From the NCBI GenBank assembly GCA_963707635.1, contig OY970173.1, positions 2,603,663-2,667,662 on the forward strand: DNA of 64,000 nucleotides, written 5' to 3'. The number at the start of each line of letters is the position of its first letter. Position 1 is the first letter of the stretch. Positions 20,581 through 29,772 of the stretch are shown piece after piece. Position numbers and translations under genes: made by a program. The stretch comes from Candidatus Latescibacterota bacterium (GTDB lineage: Bacteria; Krumholzibacteriota; Krumholzibacteriia; WVZY01; JAKEHA01). Under the pieces are notes generated by a model. The model saw only the letters and a program-made list of their open reading frames with translations. It was not told where the DNA came from and made no database searches.

Positions 20581-22920
20581 ATGGATCGCCAGTGGTTCAC
20601 GCGCGGCAACCGATCGAGCGCGCTTCTTTTTGCACTCTCCAGCCTGTTCTTCGGATCGGCGGCGTGGGGCGACAACACCCCGTCCGTCGACCCGGCGGAC
20701 ACGTCCTTCCACGGCAATACCTCACTCGCGTTCGCAGTCCCGCGTCTCCCCCAGTCCATCCAGGTCGACGGGAAGCTGGACGAACCCCTGTGGGCGACGG
20801 CGACCCGGCTCACCAACTTCGTCGAGATCGAGCCCGGCGACAACTGCCGTCCGCCGGTCGAGACCGAGGCGCTGGTCGGCTACGACGACGAGAACCTCTA
20901 CATCGGATTTCGCTGCTACGACGACAACACCGGCGCCATTCGCGCGTCGATTACCGACCGCGACCGCATGTTCGGCGACGACTTCGCGGGGGTCATGATC
21001 GACACTTTCCGCGACCAGACCAACGGCTACGAGTTCTTCGTCAACCCGCGGGGAATCCAGGGGGACCTGTACCGGTCGCGCAACAACGAGGATTCGAGCT
21101 ACGACACGGTGTGGCAGTCGGGCGGGCAGATCACCGACTTGGGGTGGACGGCGGAGATCGCGATTCCGTTCCGGAGCATCCGGTTTCCGGACAGCCCGTC
21201 GCAGAACTGGGGCGTGCACGTGTTTCGCAACCGGCCGCGCGAGAGCCGCGCGCAGTACTCGTGGGCGCCGATTTCGCGCGATGAGAACTGCTTCTTCTGC
21301 CAGGCGGGTGAGATGTCGGGCATCGAGGGGATCGACCAGGGGCGAAACCTGGAGGTGCTTCCCTACGTGATCGGCAACCAGTCCGGGAGCATGAGCGGAG
21401 ACGACGACGCGAGCTTCGACTGGAAAAACGAACACGCCTCCGGCGAGATGGGGATGGGCGTCAAGTACGGCCTCACCCCCAACCACACGCTCGATTTCAC
21501 CTACAACCCCGACTTCAGTCAGATCGAATCGGACGCGACGCAGATCGACGAGAACCAGACCTTCGCGCTCTTCTATCCGGAGAAACGGCCGTTCTTTCTG
21601 GAGGGCGCGGACCGCTTCAGTTCCATGATCGACGTGGTATACACGCGATCGATCAACGATCCCCTTTCCGCCGCCAAGTACACCGGCAAGTCCGGGCGCA
21701 ACACGATTTCGTTCATCACCGCCATGGACGAAACCTCGCCCTACATCGTCCCGTTCGAGGAGCAGAGCGGCGGCGCAGCCGGCCGCGACACCTACTCGAA
21801 CGTGCTGCGCTACAAGCGGGACGTCCTGAAGGAGTCGTTCGTCGGATTGATCGCCACCGATCGCCGCCAGCGCGACGGCAACGGGTCCAACACCACCGCG
21901 GGCGTCGACACGCGTCTGCGCCTGGACGATCATTTCACCGTGTGGGGGCAGGTCCAGGGCAGCCACACCCAGGAGCCGCACGACACCATCATGTCCGAGG
22001 GCTTCAACGACGTCGCCTTCGGCGACCAGGGTCAGTACACGGGGGCTTTCGACGGCGAGAGCTTCGCGGGCTACGCGGCCGAGATGGAGCTCGCCCGGAG
22101 CGGCCGGCACTACAACGCAGACCTGTGGTTCGAGGACTACTCGCCGACGTTTCGCGCCGAGAACGGCTTCGTCACCGCCAATGACTACCGGATGGTCGGC
22201 TTCTGGAATGGCTACCAGTTTCAGCTCGAGAAAAACCCGGTCTTCGAACGCATCGAGCCGCAGCTCGACGCGGGGCGGAAGTACAACTACCAGGGCGAGT
22301 TCAAGGACACCTGGCTCCAGCCGAACATCTGGCTCCGGTTCAAGAAACAGACCTACTTCTGGACCGGTTACCTGTGGAGCGAAGAGAGGTTCGCGGGCGT
22401 GCTGGTGCCCGGGATTCACCGCTGGGTGACCGAGATGGACAGCGAGTTCAGCAAGTACCTCTCGGTCGGATTCGACACCCGCATCGGTCATTCCGTGGTC
22501 CGCGACCGCGACGACCCGCGACTCGGCGACGAGTTCAGCTACGCGCTGTACGCGTACTTCAAGCCGATTTCTCAGGTGCGCTTCGACGTCGACTACAATT
22601 CATTCCGGCTCGACGAGCTCGACGGCAGCGCGAACATCTACGACACCTACGTGGTGCGCACGAAGCTCACCTACCAGTTCTCGAAGAGTCTGTTTCTGCG
22701 CGTGGTGGGCGAATACGTGGACGACCAGCGGTCGCTGGCGGTGGACCCGCTCTTGAGCTACAAGATCAACCCGTTCACGGTGTTTTTCCTGGGGTCGTCG
22801 CATTCCTTCAACGACTTTCAGGACGACCCGTCGACCGCGCCGGTCGAAGTAACCGACCCAGGCTACCGGCAGACCGAGCGGCTCTTCTTCGTGAAGTTCC
22901 AGTATCTGTTCAGGGTATAG
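20581..22920 (+). CDS. DUF5916/CBM9-like domain protein, probable outer-membrane beta-barrel
   Basis: Signal peptide; GGAGG RBS; N-terminal carbohydrate-binding-family-9-like block (VDGKLDEPLW...YIGFRCYD), long beta-rich body ending in aromatic FQYLFRV. Confidence 0.6.
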   Translation: MDRQWFTRGNRSSALLFALSSLFFGSAAWGDNTPSVDPADTSFHGNTSLAFAVPRLPQSIQVDGKLDEPLWATATRLTNFVEIEPGDNCRPPVETEALVGYDDENLYIGFRCYDDNTGAIRASITDRDRMFGDDFAGVMIDTFRDQTNGYEFFVNPRGIQGDLYRSRNNEDSSYDTVWQSGGQITDLGWTAEIAIPFRSIRFPDSPSQNWGVHVFRNRPRESRAQYSWAPISRDENCFFCQAGEMSGIEGIDQGRNLEVLPYVIGNQSGSMSGDDDASFDWKNEHASGEMGMGVKYGLTPNHTLDFTYNPDFSQIESDATQIDENQTFALFYPEKRPFFLEGADRFSSMIDVVYTRSINDPLSAAKYTGKSGRNTISFITAMDETSPYIVPFEEQSGGAAGRDTYSNVLRYKRDVLKESFVGLIATDRRQRDGNGSNTTAGVDTRLRLDDHFTVWGQVQGSHTQEPHDTIMSEGFNDVAFGDQGQYTGAFDGESFAGYAAEMELARSGRHYNADLWFEDYSPTFRAENGFVTANDYRMVGFWNGYQFQLEKNPVFERIEPQLDAGRKYNYQGEFKDTWLQPNIWLRFKKQTYFWTGYLWSEERFAGVLVPGIHRWVTEMDSEFSKYLSVGFDTRIGHSVVRDRDDPRLGDEFSYALYAYFKPISQVRFDVDYNSFRLDELDGSANIYDTYVVRTKLTYQFSKSLFLRVVGEYVDDQRSLAVDPLLSYKINPFTVFFLGSSHSFNDFQDDPSTAPVEVTDPGYRQTERLFFVKFQYLFRV

Positions 22921-22948
22921 TCAGGCACGATCACGGGTGCCACGGGAC

Positions 22949-23036
22949 GGTGTGTGCTCCCTCCGCCGCCGTCCTCCCGCGCACAATGGTTGAAATGCGC
23001 GACTGCGGATTGGCGTCAGAGGGAGCACACACCGCC
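22949..23036. repeat. palindromic intergenic repeat element, family 2 (copy A)
   Basis: 15-bp terminal inverted repeat GGTGTGTGCTCCCTC...GAGGGAGCACACACC; core CGCCGCCGTCCTCCCGCGCACAATGGTTGAAATGCGCGACTGCGGATTGGCGTC nearly identical to reverse complement of 40848-40937. Confidence 0.7.
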
Positions 23037-23043
23037 CAACGAG

Positions 23044-23145
23044 ACTCCGGGCGATATGTCGGGCGGAGTGCGATTTCGCGAGGCGCGCTATAGACCTGGC
23101 GCGCGAAGCGCATGAGCGCGGAGCCCGATATATCGCCCGGACTCC
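23044..23145. repeat. palindromic intergenic repeat element, family 1 (copy A)
   Basis: ACTCCGGGCGATATGTCG...CGATATATCGCCCGGACT termini; about 85% identical to reverse complement of 36572-36666; sits between convergent genes. Confidence 0.7.
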
Positions 23146-23161
23146 CCCATTGTGCAACGCG

Positions 23162-24610
23162 CTACCGCAGGCTGATCCAGACCGATTTCTTTTCCAGGTA
23201 CATGTCGAGGGCGTCGGCGCCGAGTTCGCGGCCGAACCCGCTTTCGCGGTAGCCGCCGAAGGGCGAGGCGGGGTGATAGACGTTGTAGGTGTTCACCCAC
23301 ACCGTCCCGGCTCGAAGCGCCGCCGCGACGCGGTGCGCGCGCGCGGCGTCCTGGGTCCACACCCCGGAGGCCAGACCGTAGCAGCTGTCGTTCGCCATCT
23401 TGACCGCGTCCGCTTCGGTGTCGAACGGAATCACACACAGCACCGGGCCGAAGATCTCATCGCGCGCCACCGTCATCTGGTTGGTCACGCCGGTCAGGAC
23501 GGTCGGCTCGAGGTAGTATCCGCGCCCGCCGACCGCGGCCGCGCGGCCGCCGGCGGCGAGTTTCGCGCCTTCGCGCACCCCGGCCTCGACGCAGGCCAGG
23601 ATTCCATCGCGGTGCGACTTCGACACCTGGGGTCCCAGGCGGGTCTTGTCGTCGAGCGGGTCACCGGGAGTGTAACGCGCCATCTTGGTCTTCACGAGCT
23701 CCACGAACTCGTCGTGGACGGCGCGTTCCACGAACAACCGCGAGCCCGCCGCGCAGACCTCACCCTTGTTGTAGAAGATGCCGCTGCACGCGCCCTGCGC
23801 CGCCGCGTCCAGTTTCGCGTCTGCGAAAACGATGTTCGGGGACTTGCCTCCCAGTTCCAGCGAGACGCGCTTGATCGTTCCGGCCGCGGAACGCATCACG
23901 GTGCGGCCGACCTCCGTCGACCCGGTGAAGGCGACCTTGTCCACGCCGCGCGCGTCGAGCAGCGCCTGGCCGGCGATCGAGCCGCGGCCGGGCACCACGT
24001 TCACCACGCCGGGCGGCACCCCGGCCTCAAGGCACAGCGCCCCGAGCTTGAGAGCCGTCAGCGGCGTGATCTCGGAAGGCTTGATGACCGCGACACACCC
24101 GGCCGCGAGCGCCGGGGCCAGCTTCCACACCGTGAGCAGCAGGGGGAAGTTCCAGGGCACGATCATGCCGACGACGCCGACCGGCTCGCGCAGCGTGTAG
24201 GTGAGGAAACCGGGGATGGTCGGGATGCTCTCGCCGGAAAGCTTGTCGGCCCAGCCCGCGTAGTAGCGCAGCAGGCTGACCACGAAAGGCCCCTCGATCT
24301 TTTCCGACTCGAAGATCGGCTTGCCTTGATTGAGCGTTTCCAGCCGCGCGACTTCCGCGGCGTCGCGCTCGAAGAGGTCGGCGAGCTTCCACAGGATCTT
24401 CGCGCGCGTGCCGCCGTCGAGCTTGCTCCACGCCCCGGAGTCGAAAGCGGCCCGCGCCGAGGCGACGGCGGCTTCGACGTCCTTCACGGTCGCGCAGGCG
24501 ACGTCGCACAGCTTCTCTTCGGTCGCGGGGTTGACGAGCGTGGACACGGCGCGGTCGCTCGCGTCCACCCACTCGCCATTGATCAGCAGCTTGGTGTGCT
24601 TGATGTCCAT
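23162..24610 (-). CDS. NAD(P)-dependent aldehyde dehydrogenase (position and context consistent with BoxD, 3,4-dehydroadipyl-CoA semialdehyde dehydrogenase)
   Basis: ALDH superfamily motifs ELGGKSP, catalytic Cys region GEVCAAGSRLFV, PWNFP; located directly downstream of boxC-boxB. Confidence 0.75.
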   Translation of the reverse strand: MDIKHTKLLINGEWVDASDRAVSTLVNPATEEKLCDVACATVKDVEAAVASARAAFDSGAWSKLDGGTRAKILWKLADLFERDAAEVARLETLNQGKPIFESEKIEGPFVVSLLRYYAGWADKLSGESIPTIPGFLTYTLREPVGVVGMIVPWNFPLLLTVWKLAPALAAGCVAVIKPSEITPLTALKLGALCLEAGVPPGVVNVVPGRGSIAGQALLDARGVDKVAFTGSTEVGRTVMRSAAGTIKRVSLELGGKSPNIVFADAKLDAAAQGACSGIFYNKGEVCAAGSRLFVERAVHDEFVELVKTKMARYTPGDPLDDKTRLGPQVSKSHRDGILACVEAGVREGAKLAAGGRAAAVGGRGYYLEPTVLTGVTNQMTVARDEIFGPVLCVIPFDTEADAVKMANDSCYGLASGVWTQDAARAHRVAAALRAGTVWVNTYNVYHPASPFGGYRESGFGRELGADALDMYLEKKSVWISLR

Positions 24611-24757
24611 TGGATTCCTTCTGTAGCGTTCTCGCGGTCAACCACGCGGGTCCTGTCGCCGACAGCCCGGTGCGGCTCGCTTCGTCCGCGCCTTCGCACT
24701 AGACTCGCTCGCCGCCCGGGCGCCCGTCGGCGCCACCCGCTCGTGCTCGATGAAGCA

Positions 24758-26176
24758 CTACAACCGCACGTACTCGAAGTCGAGCGGGCGGCCGTGAATA
24801 CCGTGCTGCGGGGGAGCGATCCAGTTCGCGAACTTGCCGCGCTCGGTGACCAGGAACTGCACGCTCTTCACATAGTCGCGGTCCGCGCGCGTGGGCAGGA
24901 ACTCGTCGCGGCGCGATTCGAACTCGTCTTTGGAGATCATGTTCCCGTGCGGGTCGAAGTGCGCCCTGCTGTAGGTCCCGACCAGGCGATGGAAGCGGAC
25001 AGACGGGAGCAGGATGCGCAGCCGGCTGTCCTCCTGCTCCAGGATCTTGTTCCAGCGCGCGACCGCCCGCTCGCAATCCTCGATGTAGGCATCGCGGAGC
25101 ACCGCGTTCATGGCGCGACGCATCGGTATTTCCACTTCGTGCAGCCGCCGTTGCTCCTCGTCGACACCCAGGTAGCCGTAGTTACCCTCGCGCCCGACTG
25201 GATCCGGATAGAGCTTTCGGTTCGCCTCGTTGAAGCGCCCCTTGAGGCCGTGCGCGAAGTAATTCGCCGCGTTGCTCGAATCCTCGTTGCCGAACAGATC
25301 GAGCGACACCGAAAACCAGTAGTTGATGTACTTCTGGATGATGTCGAGCGGAATGCCGCCGTAGGGCCGCACGTCTTCGCTCTCGTTCTCCCGCATCAGC
25401 TGGGCGGTGCGCCGGATGGTCCGCGCCAGGCCGGTTTCGCCCACGAAGAGGTGGTGCGCCTCCTCGGTGAGCATGAAGCGGGTGGTTCGCGAGAGCGGCG
25501 TGAAGGCGCTCTCGGCGAGCGAACCGAGCTGGTATTTTCCGTCGCGGTCGGTGTAGGTCGCGAAGCAGAAGAAGTCGAGCCAGTCGTCGATTGGGTCGTT
25601 GAAGGTGGACAGGAGCCGCGGCGAATCCGCGTCCCCCGACCGGCGTTCGAGCATCTCCTCGGCCTCGTCGCGACCGTCCTTGCCGAAATACGAATGGAGG
25701 AGGTAGACCATCGCCCACAGATGGCGGGCCTCTTCGACGTTCACCTGGAAGAGGTTGCGCATGTCGTATTGCGACGGGGCCGACAGCGCCAGCCGGCGCT
25801 GCTGCTCCACCGAACCGGGTTCGGTGTCGCCCTGCGTGACGATCAGCCGGCGCAGTTCATTTCTATGCTCGCCGGGCACGTCCTCCCAGCATTCCGCTCC
25901 GATGTAGTCGCCGAAGTGGATCTGGCGTTCGCCCTTGACCGGTGCCAGGAATATTCCCCAGCGGTACTCGGGCATACGCACGTAGTCGTACACCGCCCAG
26001 CCGGACGAATCGACGCTCACTGCGGTGCGCAGGTAGATCTCGTTCTCCTGGTGGACGACCGGCCCCTGGTCCCGCCACCATTCCATGAACTGCGGGTGCC
26101 AGCGCTCGAGCGCGCGCAGCAGCTTCTGGTTCTCCTTGAGATTGACGTTGTTGGGTATGAGTTCTTTGTAGTCCAT
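24758..26176 (-). CDS. boxB: benzoyl-CoA 2,3-epoxidase (benzoyl-CoA oxygenase) component B
   Basis: N-terminus MDYKELIPNNVNLKENQKLLRALERWHPQFMEWWRDQGP matches the characteristic BoxB start; di-iron EExH-type motif (EEAHHLF); about 472 aa. Confidence 0.75.
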   Translation of the reverse strand: MDYKELIPNNVNLKENQKLLRALERWHPQFMEWWRDQGPVVHQENEIYLRTAVSVDSSGWAVYDYVRMPEYRWGIFLAPVKGERQIHFGDYIGAECWEDVPGEHRNELRRLIVTQGDTEPGSVEQQRRLALSAPSQYDMRNLFQVNVEEARHLWAMVYLLHSYFGKDGRDEAEEMLERRSGDADSPRLLSTFNDPIDDWLDFFCFATYTDRDGKYQLGSLAESAFTPLSRTTRFMLTEEAHHLFVGETGLARTIRRTAQLMRENESEDVRPYGGIPLDIIQKYINYWFSVSLDLFGNEDSSNAANYFAHGLKGRFNEANRKLYPDPVGREGNYGYLGVDEEQRRLHEVEIPMRRAMNAVLRDAYIEDCERAVARWNKILEQEDSRLRILLPSVRFHRLVGTYSRAHFDPHGNMISKDEFESRRDEFLPTRADRDYVKSVQFLVTERGKFANWIAPPQHGIHGRPLDFEYVRL

Positions 26177-26177
26177 C

Positions 26178-27827
26178 CTAGATCCTGCTCCAGTCGAACT
26201 CCGGTGAGTGCGGCTTGCCGTACGATGTGAGCGCGCCGCGCTCCCCCACCGCGTTGGGCCGCGTGAATATCCAGTTCTGCCACGCGGAGAGCCGGGCGTA
26301 AATCCGGCTCTCCATCGACTCGGGACCCACGAAACGGAGGTTGGCTTCCATCCCGGTCAGCGCGTCCGGCGAGAGCGAGCGGCGCTCTTCGACCGCCATG
26401 CGGATCCCATCCTCCCAATCGATGTCGTCCAGTGCTTCGGTGACCAGACCCAGCTCCGCGGCCTCTGCGGGAGGGATCGGCTCGCCCCGCCGTTCGAGCG
26501 CGCGCGCCACCGATTGCGGCGAACCGTAAAACCGGTTCTCGAGCCGGGAGAGTCCGTGCGCCATCGGACAGCGCCCCGCGTTGTGCGAGCTGAGCGCGAT
26601 CGCGTTGTCGCTCTCCGCTTCGTCGAGCATGAACGATCGGTCGCACGCCAGCGCGATTTCGAAGAGGCTCCCGGCGAAACACGAACCGGGCACGATTATA
26701 GCGAAGAAGGTGCGGGCCGTCACGTCGATCATCTTGAGGGTTCGCGCCTGCTGCAGCAACACCTCGCGCACGAACCAGTGGTCCGCGCGCCCGGAGAGCG
26801 CTTCGTCCAGGGCGAGCACGTGCTCCCGCTTCCCGACCGTCTCGAAGGTGACCAGCCCGATCTGCGGATGGTTGAAGCGCAGCTCCAGTATCGCGTGGCG
26901 GAGCTCGCGCCACATGCGCAGCGCATACCACGACGCGCCGAGCCCCGCGGGGTCCGCCGGAATGCTCGCGTCGGCCGCCTCCGGGCCGCGGACGGTGATT
27001 TTCGCCGAGCGCTCCGCCGGCCGGATCTCGACGGTCACGAACCGGTAGCGGAGCGAATCACCGTCGGTCTCGGGTTCGACGGACTCGAGCGCCACGCCTT
27101 TGGCGTCGTTACCCTTGCCCGCCAGCTCGACCAGCCGCGAACGCATCGCCTCCGCGTAGACCGACTTCGGGTGCACGAAGTCCACCAGCCCCCATTCCAG
27201 CGCCTTCTTCGCCTTCGCGCCCTCGGCGATGGTGCAGAACGCGTCGGCCCGGTCGCGCCGGACCCGGCGCTTGTCGACCAGACGGGTAAGCCCGCCGGTT
27301 CCGGGCAGCACGCCCAGCAGCGGAACTTCGGGCAGGCTGACCGCGGAGCTGCGGTCGTCGACGAGATGGATCTCGTCGCACGCGAGCGCCAGCTCGTAAC
27401 CGCCGCCCGCCGCGGCGCCGTTCAAGGAGGCCACGTACTTCTGCCGGCTCTTCGCGGTCGCTTCCTCCATGTTGATGCGGGTCTCGTTGGTAAATTTGCA
27501 GAAATTCACTTTGTGGGTGTGCGTCGAGGTCCCGAGCATGAAGATATTCGCGCCGGCGCAGAAGATCTTCTCGTTCATGCTTTCGATGCACACGACCGAG
27601 ACTTCGGGGTGCTCGAAGCGCAGGCGTGTGACCGCGTCGTCGAGCTCGATGTCCACGGCGAGGTCGTACGAGTTCATCTTGAGCTTGTAGCCGGGGCGCA
27701 GCCCCTCGTCTTCCTGGACGTTCATCTTGAGCCACGCGATGGGCCCCTCGACGACGAGTTTCCAGTGCTTGTAGGTGTCGGGATGCGCGGCGAAGCGAAT
27801 CCGTTCCATGCGCGTGTTGGTTTCCAT
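26178..27827 (-). CDS. boxC: 2,3-epoxybenzoyl-CoA dihydrolase (benzoyl-CoA-dihydrodiol lyase), crotonase family
   Basis: HPDTYKHWKLVVEGPIAWLKMNVQEDEGLRPGYKLKMNSYDLAVDIELDDAVTRLRFEHPEV matches BoxC N-terminal region; about 549 aa two-domain enoyl-CoA hydratase-like; start overlaps boxB region (1-nt gap). Confidence 0.75.
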   Translation of the reverse strand: METNTRMERIRFAAHPDTYKHWKLVVEGPIAWLKMNVQEDEGLRPGYKLKMNSYDLAVDIELDDAVTRLRFEHPEVSVVCIESMNEKIFCAGANIFMLGTSTHTHKVNFCKFTNETRINMEEATAKSRQKYVASLNGAAAGGGYELALACDEIHLVDDRSSAVSLPEVPLLGVLPGTGGLTRLVDKRRVRRDRADAFCTIAEGAKAKKALEWGLVDFVHPKSVYAEAMRSRLVELAGKGNDAKGVALESVEPETDGDSLRYRFVTVEIRPAERSAKITVRGPEAADASIPADPAGLGASWYALRMWRELRHAILELRFNHPQIGLVTFETVGKREHVLALDEALSGRADHWFVREVLLQQARTLKMIDVTARTFFAIIVPGSCFAGSLFEIALACDRSFMLDEAESDNAIALSSHNAGRCPMAHGLSRLENRFYGSPQSVARALERRGEPIPPAEAAELGLVTEALDDIDWEDGIRMAVEERRSLSPDALTGMEANLRFVGPESMESRIYARLSAWQNWIFTRPNAVGERGALTSYGKPHSPEFDWSRI

Positions 27828-27955
27828 TTCTTGTTCTCCCGTTCAATCGTCGTCGCACCTGCGCGGGTCCTGTCGCTGACCCACCCCGCGGCATCCGCCG
27901 CGGGGGCCCCGTGTCAGCGCCACCCGCTGGTGCCTGACCGACGCGCGGCTGACTG

Positions 27956-28987
27956 CTACTTCACCTTGATCACGATCTTGCCCAGCGCGCGGCGTGCTTC
28001 CATCGCGCGGTGCGCCTCGGCCGTGTCCTTCAACTCGTACACCGCTCCCACCACGGCTTTCATCCTGCCCGCAAGTATCAGTTTCAGCACCGCCATGAGC
28101 TCGCTGCGCGAGCCCATGGTCGAGCCGATCACCTCGAGCTGGCGGTAGAAGATTTGACGGAGGTCCTCTTCGGGATTATACCCGGTGGTGGCGCCGCACG
28201 TCACCAGCCGCCCGCCGCGCGAGAGGCTTTGCAGGCTCTTGACCCACGTGTCCTTCCCCACGTAGTCGACCACCATGTCGACCCCGCGGCGATTCGTCTC
28301 CTGGCGGATCCGCTTCACGACATCCTCGCGCGAGTAGTCGATGAGCACGTCGGCGCCGAGGCCGCGGCACAGCGCCAGCTTCTCCGGGCTGCTCGCTGCC
28401 GCGAACACGCGCGCGCCGGCCACTTTCGCGATCTGGATGCACGCGATCCCGACCCCGGCGGAGGCGCCGAGCACCAGGACGTCTTCGCCGGCGCGCAGCC
28501 TGCCGCGCGTGATCAGCATCCTCCACGCCGTGACGAACACGAGCGGGATCGACGCCGCGTCCTCGAACGACATCGACCCGGGAATCGGAATCGCGTTCGC
28601 GGCCGGGATCACGATCCGTTCGCAGCAGGTGCCGCTGCGCGTCTCGCCGATCAGTTGGTACGACACGCACAAGGTTCCGTCGCCGCGCTGGCAGAACTCG
28701 CACGCCCCGCACGAGATCGACGGGTTGATCAGCACGCGGTCGCCGACTTTGACCGCATCCACGCCGTCCCCGACCTCGTGCACCACCCCGGCCGCGTCGC
28801 AACCGGGGATATGCGGCAGCACGGTCTTGACCCCGGGCAGTCCGCGTCGCAAGAAAAGGTCGATGTGGTTGAGCGATGCCGCGTGGACGTCGATCTTCAC
28901 CGTGCCGGGGAGCGTGTCCGGTTCGGGCCTCGTCCCCAGGGTGAGAACCTCGGGGCCGCCGTGCTTCTCGTAGTAGATCGCTTTCAC
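27956..28987 (-). CDS. zinc-binding alcohol dehydrogenase / quinone oxidoreductase family (MDR)
   Basis: Start set at GTG comp. 28985-28987 (MKAIYYEKHGGPEVLTL...); GHEAAG-like PGCDAAGVV, GxGxxG nucleotide motif VLGASAGVG; 5' extension in track ORF is Arg-rich noise. Start codon choice uncertain. Confidence 0.65.
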   Translation of the reverse strand: MKAIYYEKHGGPEVLTLGTRPEPDTLPGTVKIDVHAASLNHIDLFLRRGLPGVKTVLPHIPGCDAAGVVHEVGDGVDAVKVGDRVLINPSISCGACEFCQRGDGTLCVSYQLIGETRSGTCCERIVIPAANAIPIPGSMSFEDAASIPLVFVTAWRMLITRGRLRAGEDVLVLGASAGVGIACIQIAKVAGARVFAAASSPEKLALCRGLGADVLIDYSREDVVKRIRQETNRRGVDMVVDYVGKDTWVKSLQSLSRGGRLVTCGATTGYNPEEDLRQIFYRQLEVIGSTMGSRSELMAVLKLILAGRMKAVVGAVYELKDTAEAHRAMEARRALGKIVIKVK

Positions 28988-29004
28988 GCTTGGCGTCGTG
29001 CGCG

Positions 29005-29421
29005 TCAGGGTGCGTCGCGGAACGCTTCGAAGCGCCGGCGCCACGCCGGCGGGATGGGCACGGGCGCGAAGTTGTCGTCGATGGCGACCGTCTTGATGGT
29101 GGCACGCGCGCTGGTCGCCCCGTCGGGCAGGCGTACGGCGGTGTAGCGCAGGGTCAGCGAGGTGCGGCCGATCTCGGCCACTTCCAGCTCGACGCGAACG
29201 CGCTCGCCGTAGCGCAGCGGCTTGAGGAACTCGGTCTCGATCCGCACGCTGGGAAAGCCGATGCGGTCGCCGTTCACCAGCTCGGGGTACGAAACCCCGA
29301 GCGCCTGGGCGAACCACTCCTCGAATGCCTGGTGGAAATAGTGAAAGAACCGCGGGTAGTACACGACGTGCGCGTGGTCGATTTCACCGAAGCGCACCGG
29401 GAGCTCGGTCGCGAACTTCAT
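29005..29421 (-). CDS. acyl-CoA thioesterase, 4HBT/YbgC-like hotdog fold
   Basis: MKFATELPVRFGEIDHAHVVYYPRFFHYFHQAFEEWF... hotdog thioesterase signature; ATG overlaps PCD stop (ATGA). Confidence 0.7.
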   Translation of the reverse strand: MKFATELPVRFGEIDHAHVVYYPRFFHYFHQAFEEWFAQALGVSYPELVNGDRIGFPSVRIETEFLKPLRYGERVRVELEVAEIGRTSLTLRYTAVRLPDGATSARATIKTVAIDDNFAPVPIPPAWRRRFEAFRDAP

Positions 29422-29753
29422 CGACCGAAGGCCCCGTCCGCCCGCGCGGCCAGAATGAAGTCGCTCTCGGTGAGGCCGTCGATCTTGTGGGTCCAGATCG
29501 TGAGCGTCACGCGGCCCCACCCGAGATGCACGTCCGGGTGGTGCCCTTCGGCCTCCGCGATCTCACCCACGCGGTTGGTGAAGTCCAGCGCCTGCCGGAA
29601 ATCGTCAAAGGCGTACGACTTCTCCAGGTGGTGTTCGTCGACCACCTTCCAGTCGCCGCCGAGTTTGGCCGCCACGGCGCGCAGCGCCTCGCCCTTCAGC
29701 GGCGGGACATCCCCCCGGCACGGAACGCAATGCTTCTTCGCGAGCTCCGACAT
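29418..29753 (-). CDS. pterin-4a-carbinolamine dehydratase
   Basis: ...EGHHPDVHLGWGRVTLTIWTHKIDGLTESDFILAA... PCD signature [EDKH]-x-H-[HN]-P. Confidence 0.75.
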   Translation of the reverse strand: MSELAKKHCVPCRGDVPPLKGEALRAVAAKLGGDWKVVDEHHLEKSYAFDDFRQALDFTNRVGEIAEAEGHHPDVHLGWGRVTLTIWTHKIDGLTESDFILAARADGAFGR

Positions 29754-29772
29754 GGCATGACCGCAAGGCGGT

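Noticed and set aside
20722-22491. 589-aa minus-strand ORF inside the DUF5916 gene
   Set aside because: This is an antisense shadow with no start or RBS context.
23150-28148. 1026-aa and 646-aa + strand ORFs antisense to the box genes
   Set aside because: These are antisense shadows of strongly supported boxB/boxC/ALDH genes, with Arg/Ala-rich low-complexity translations.
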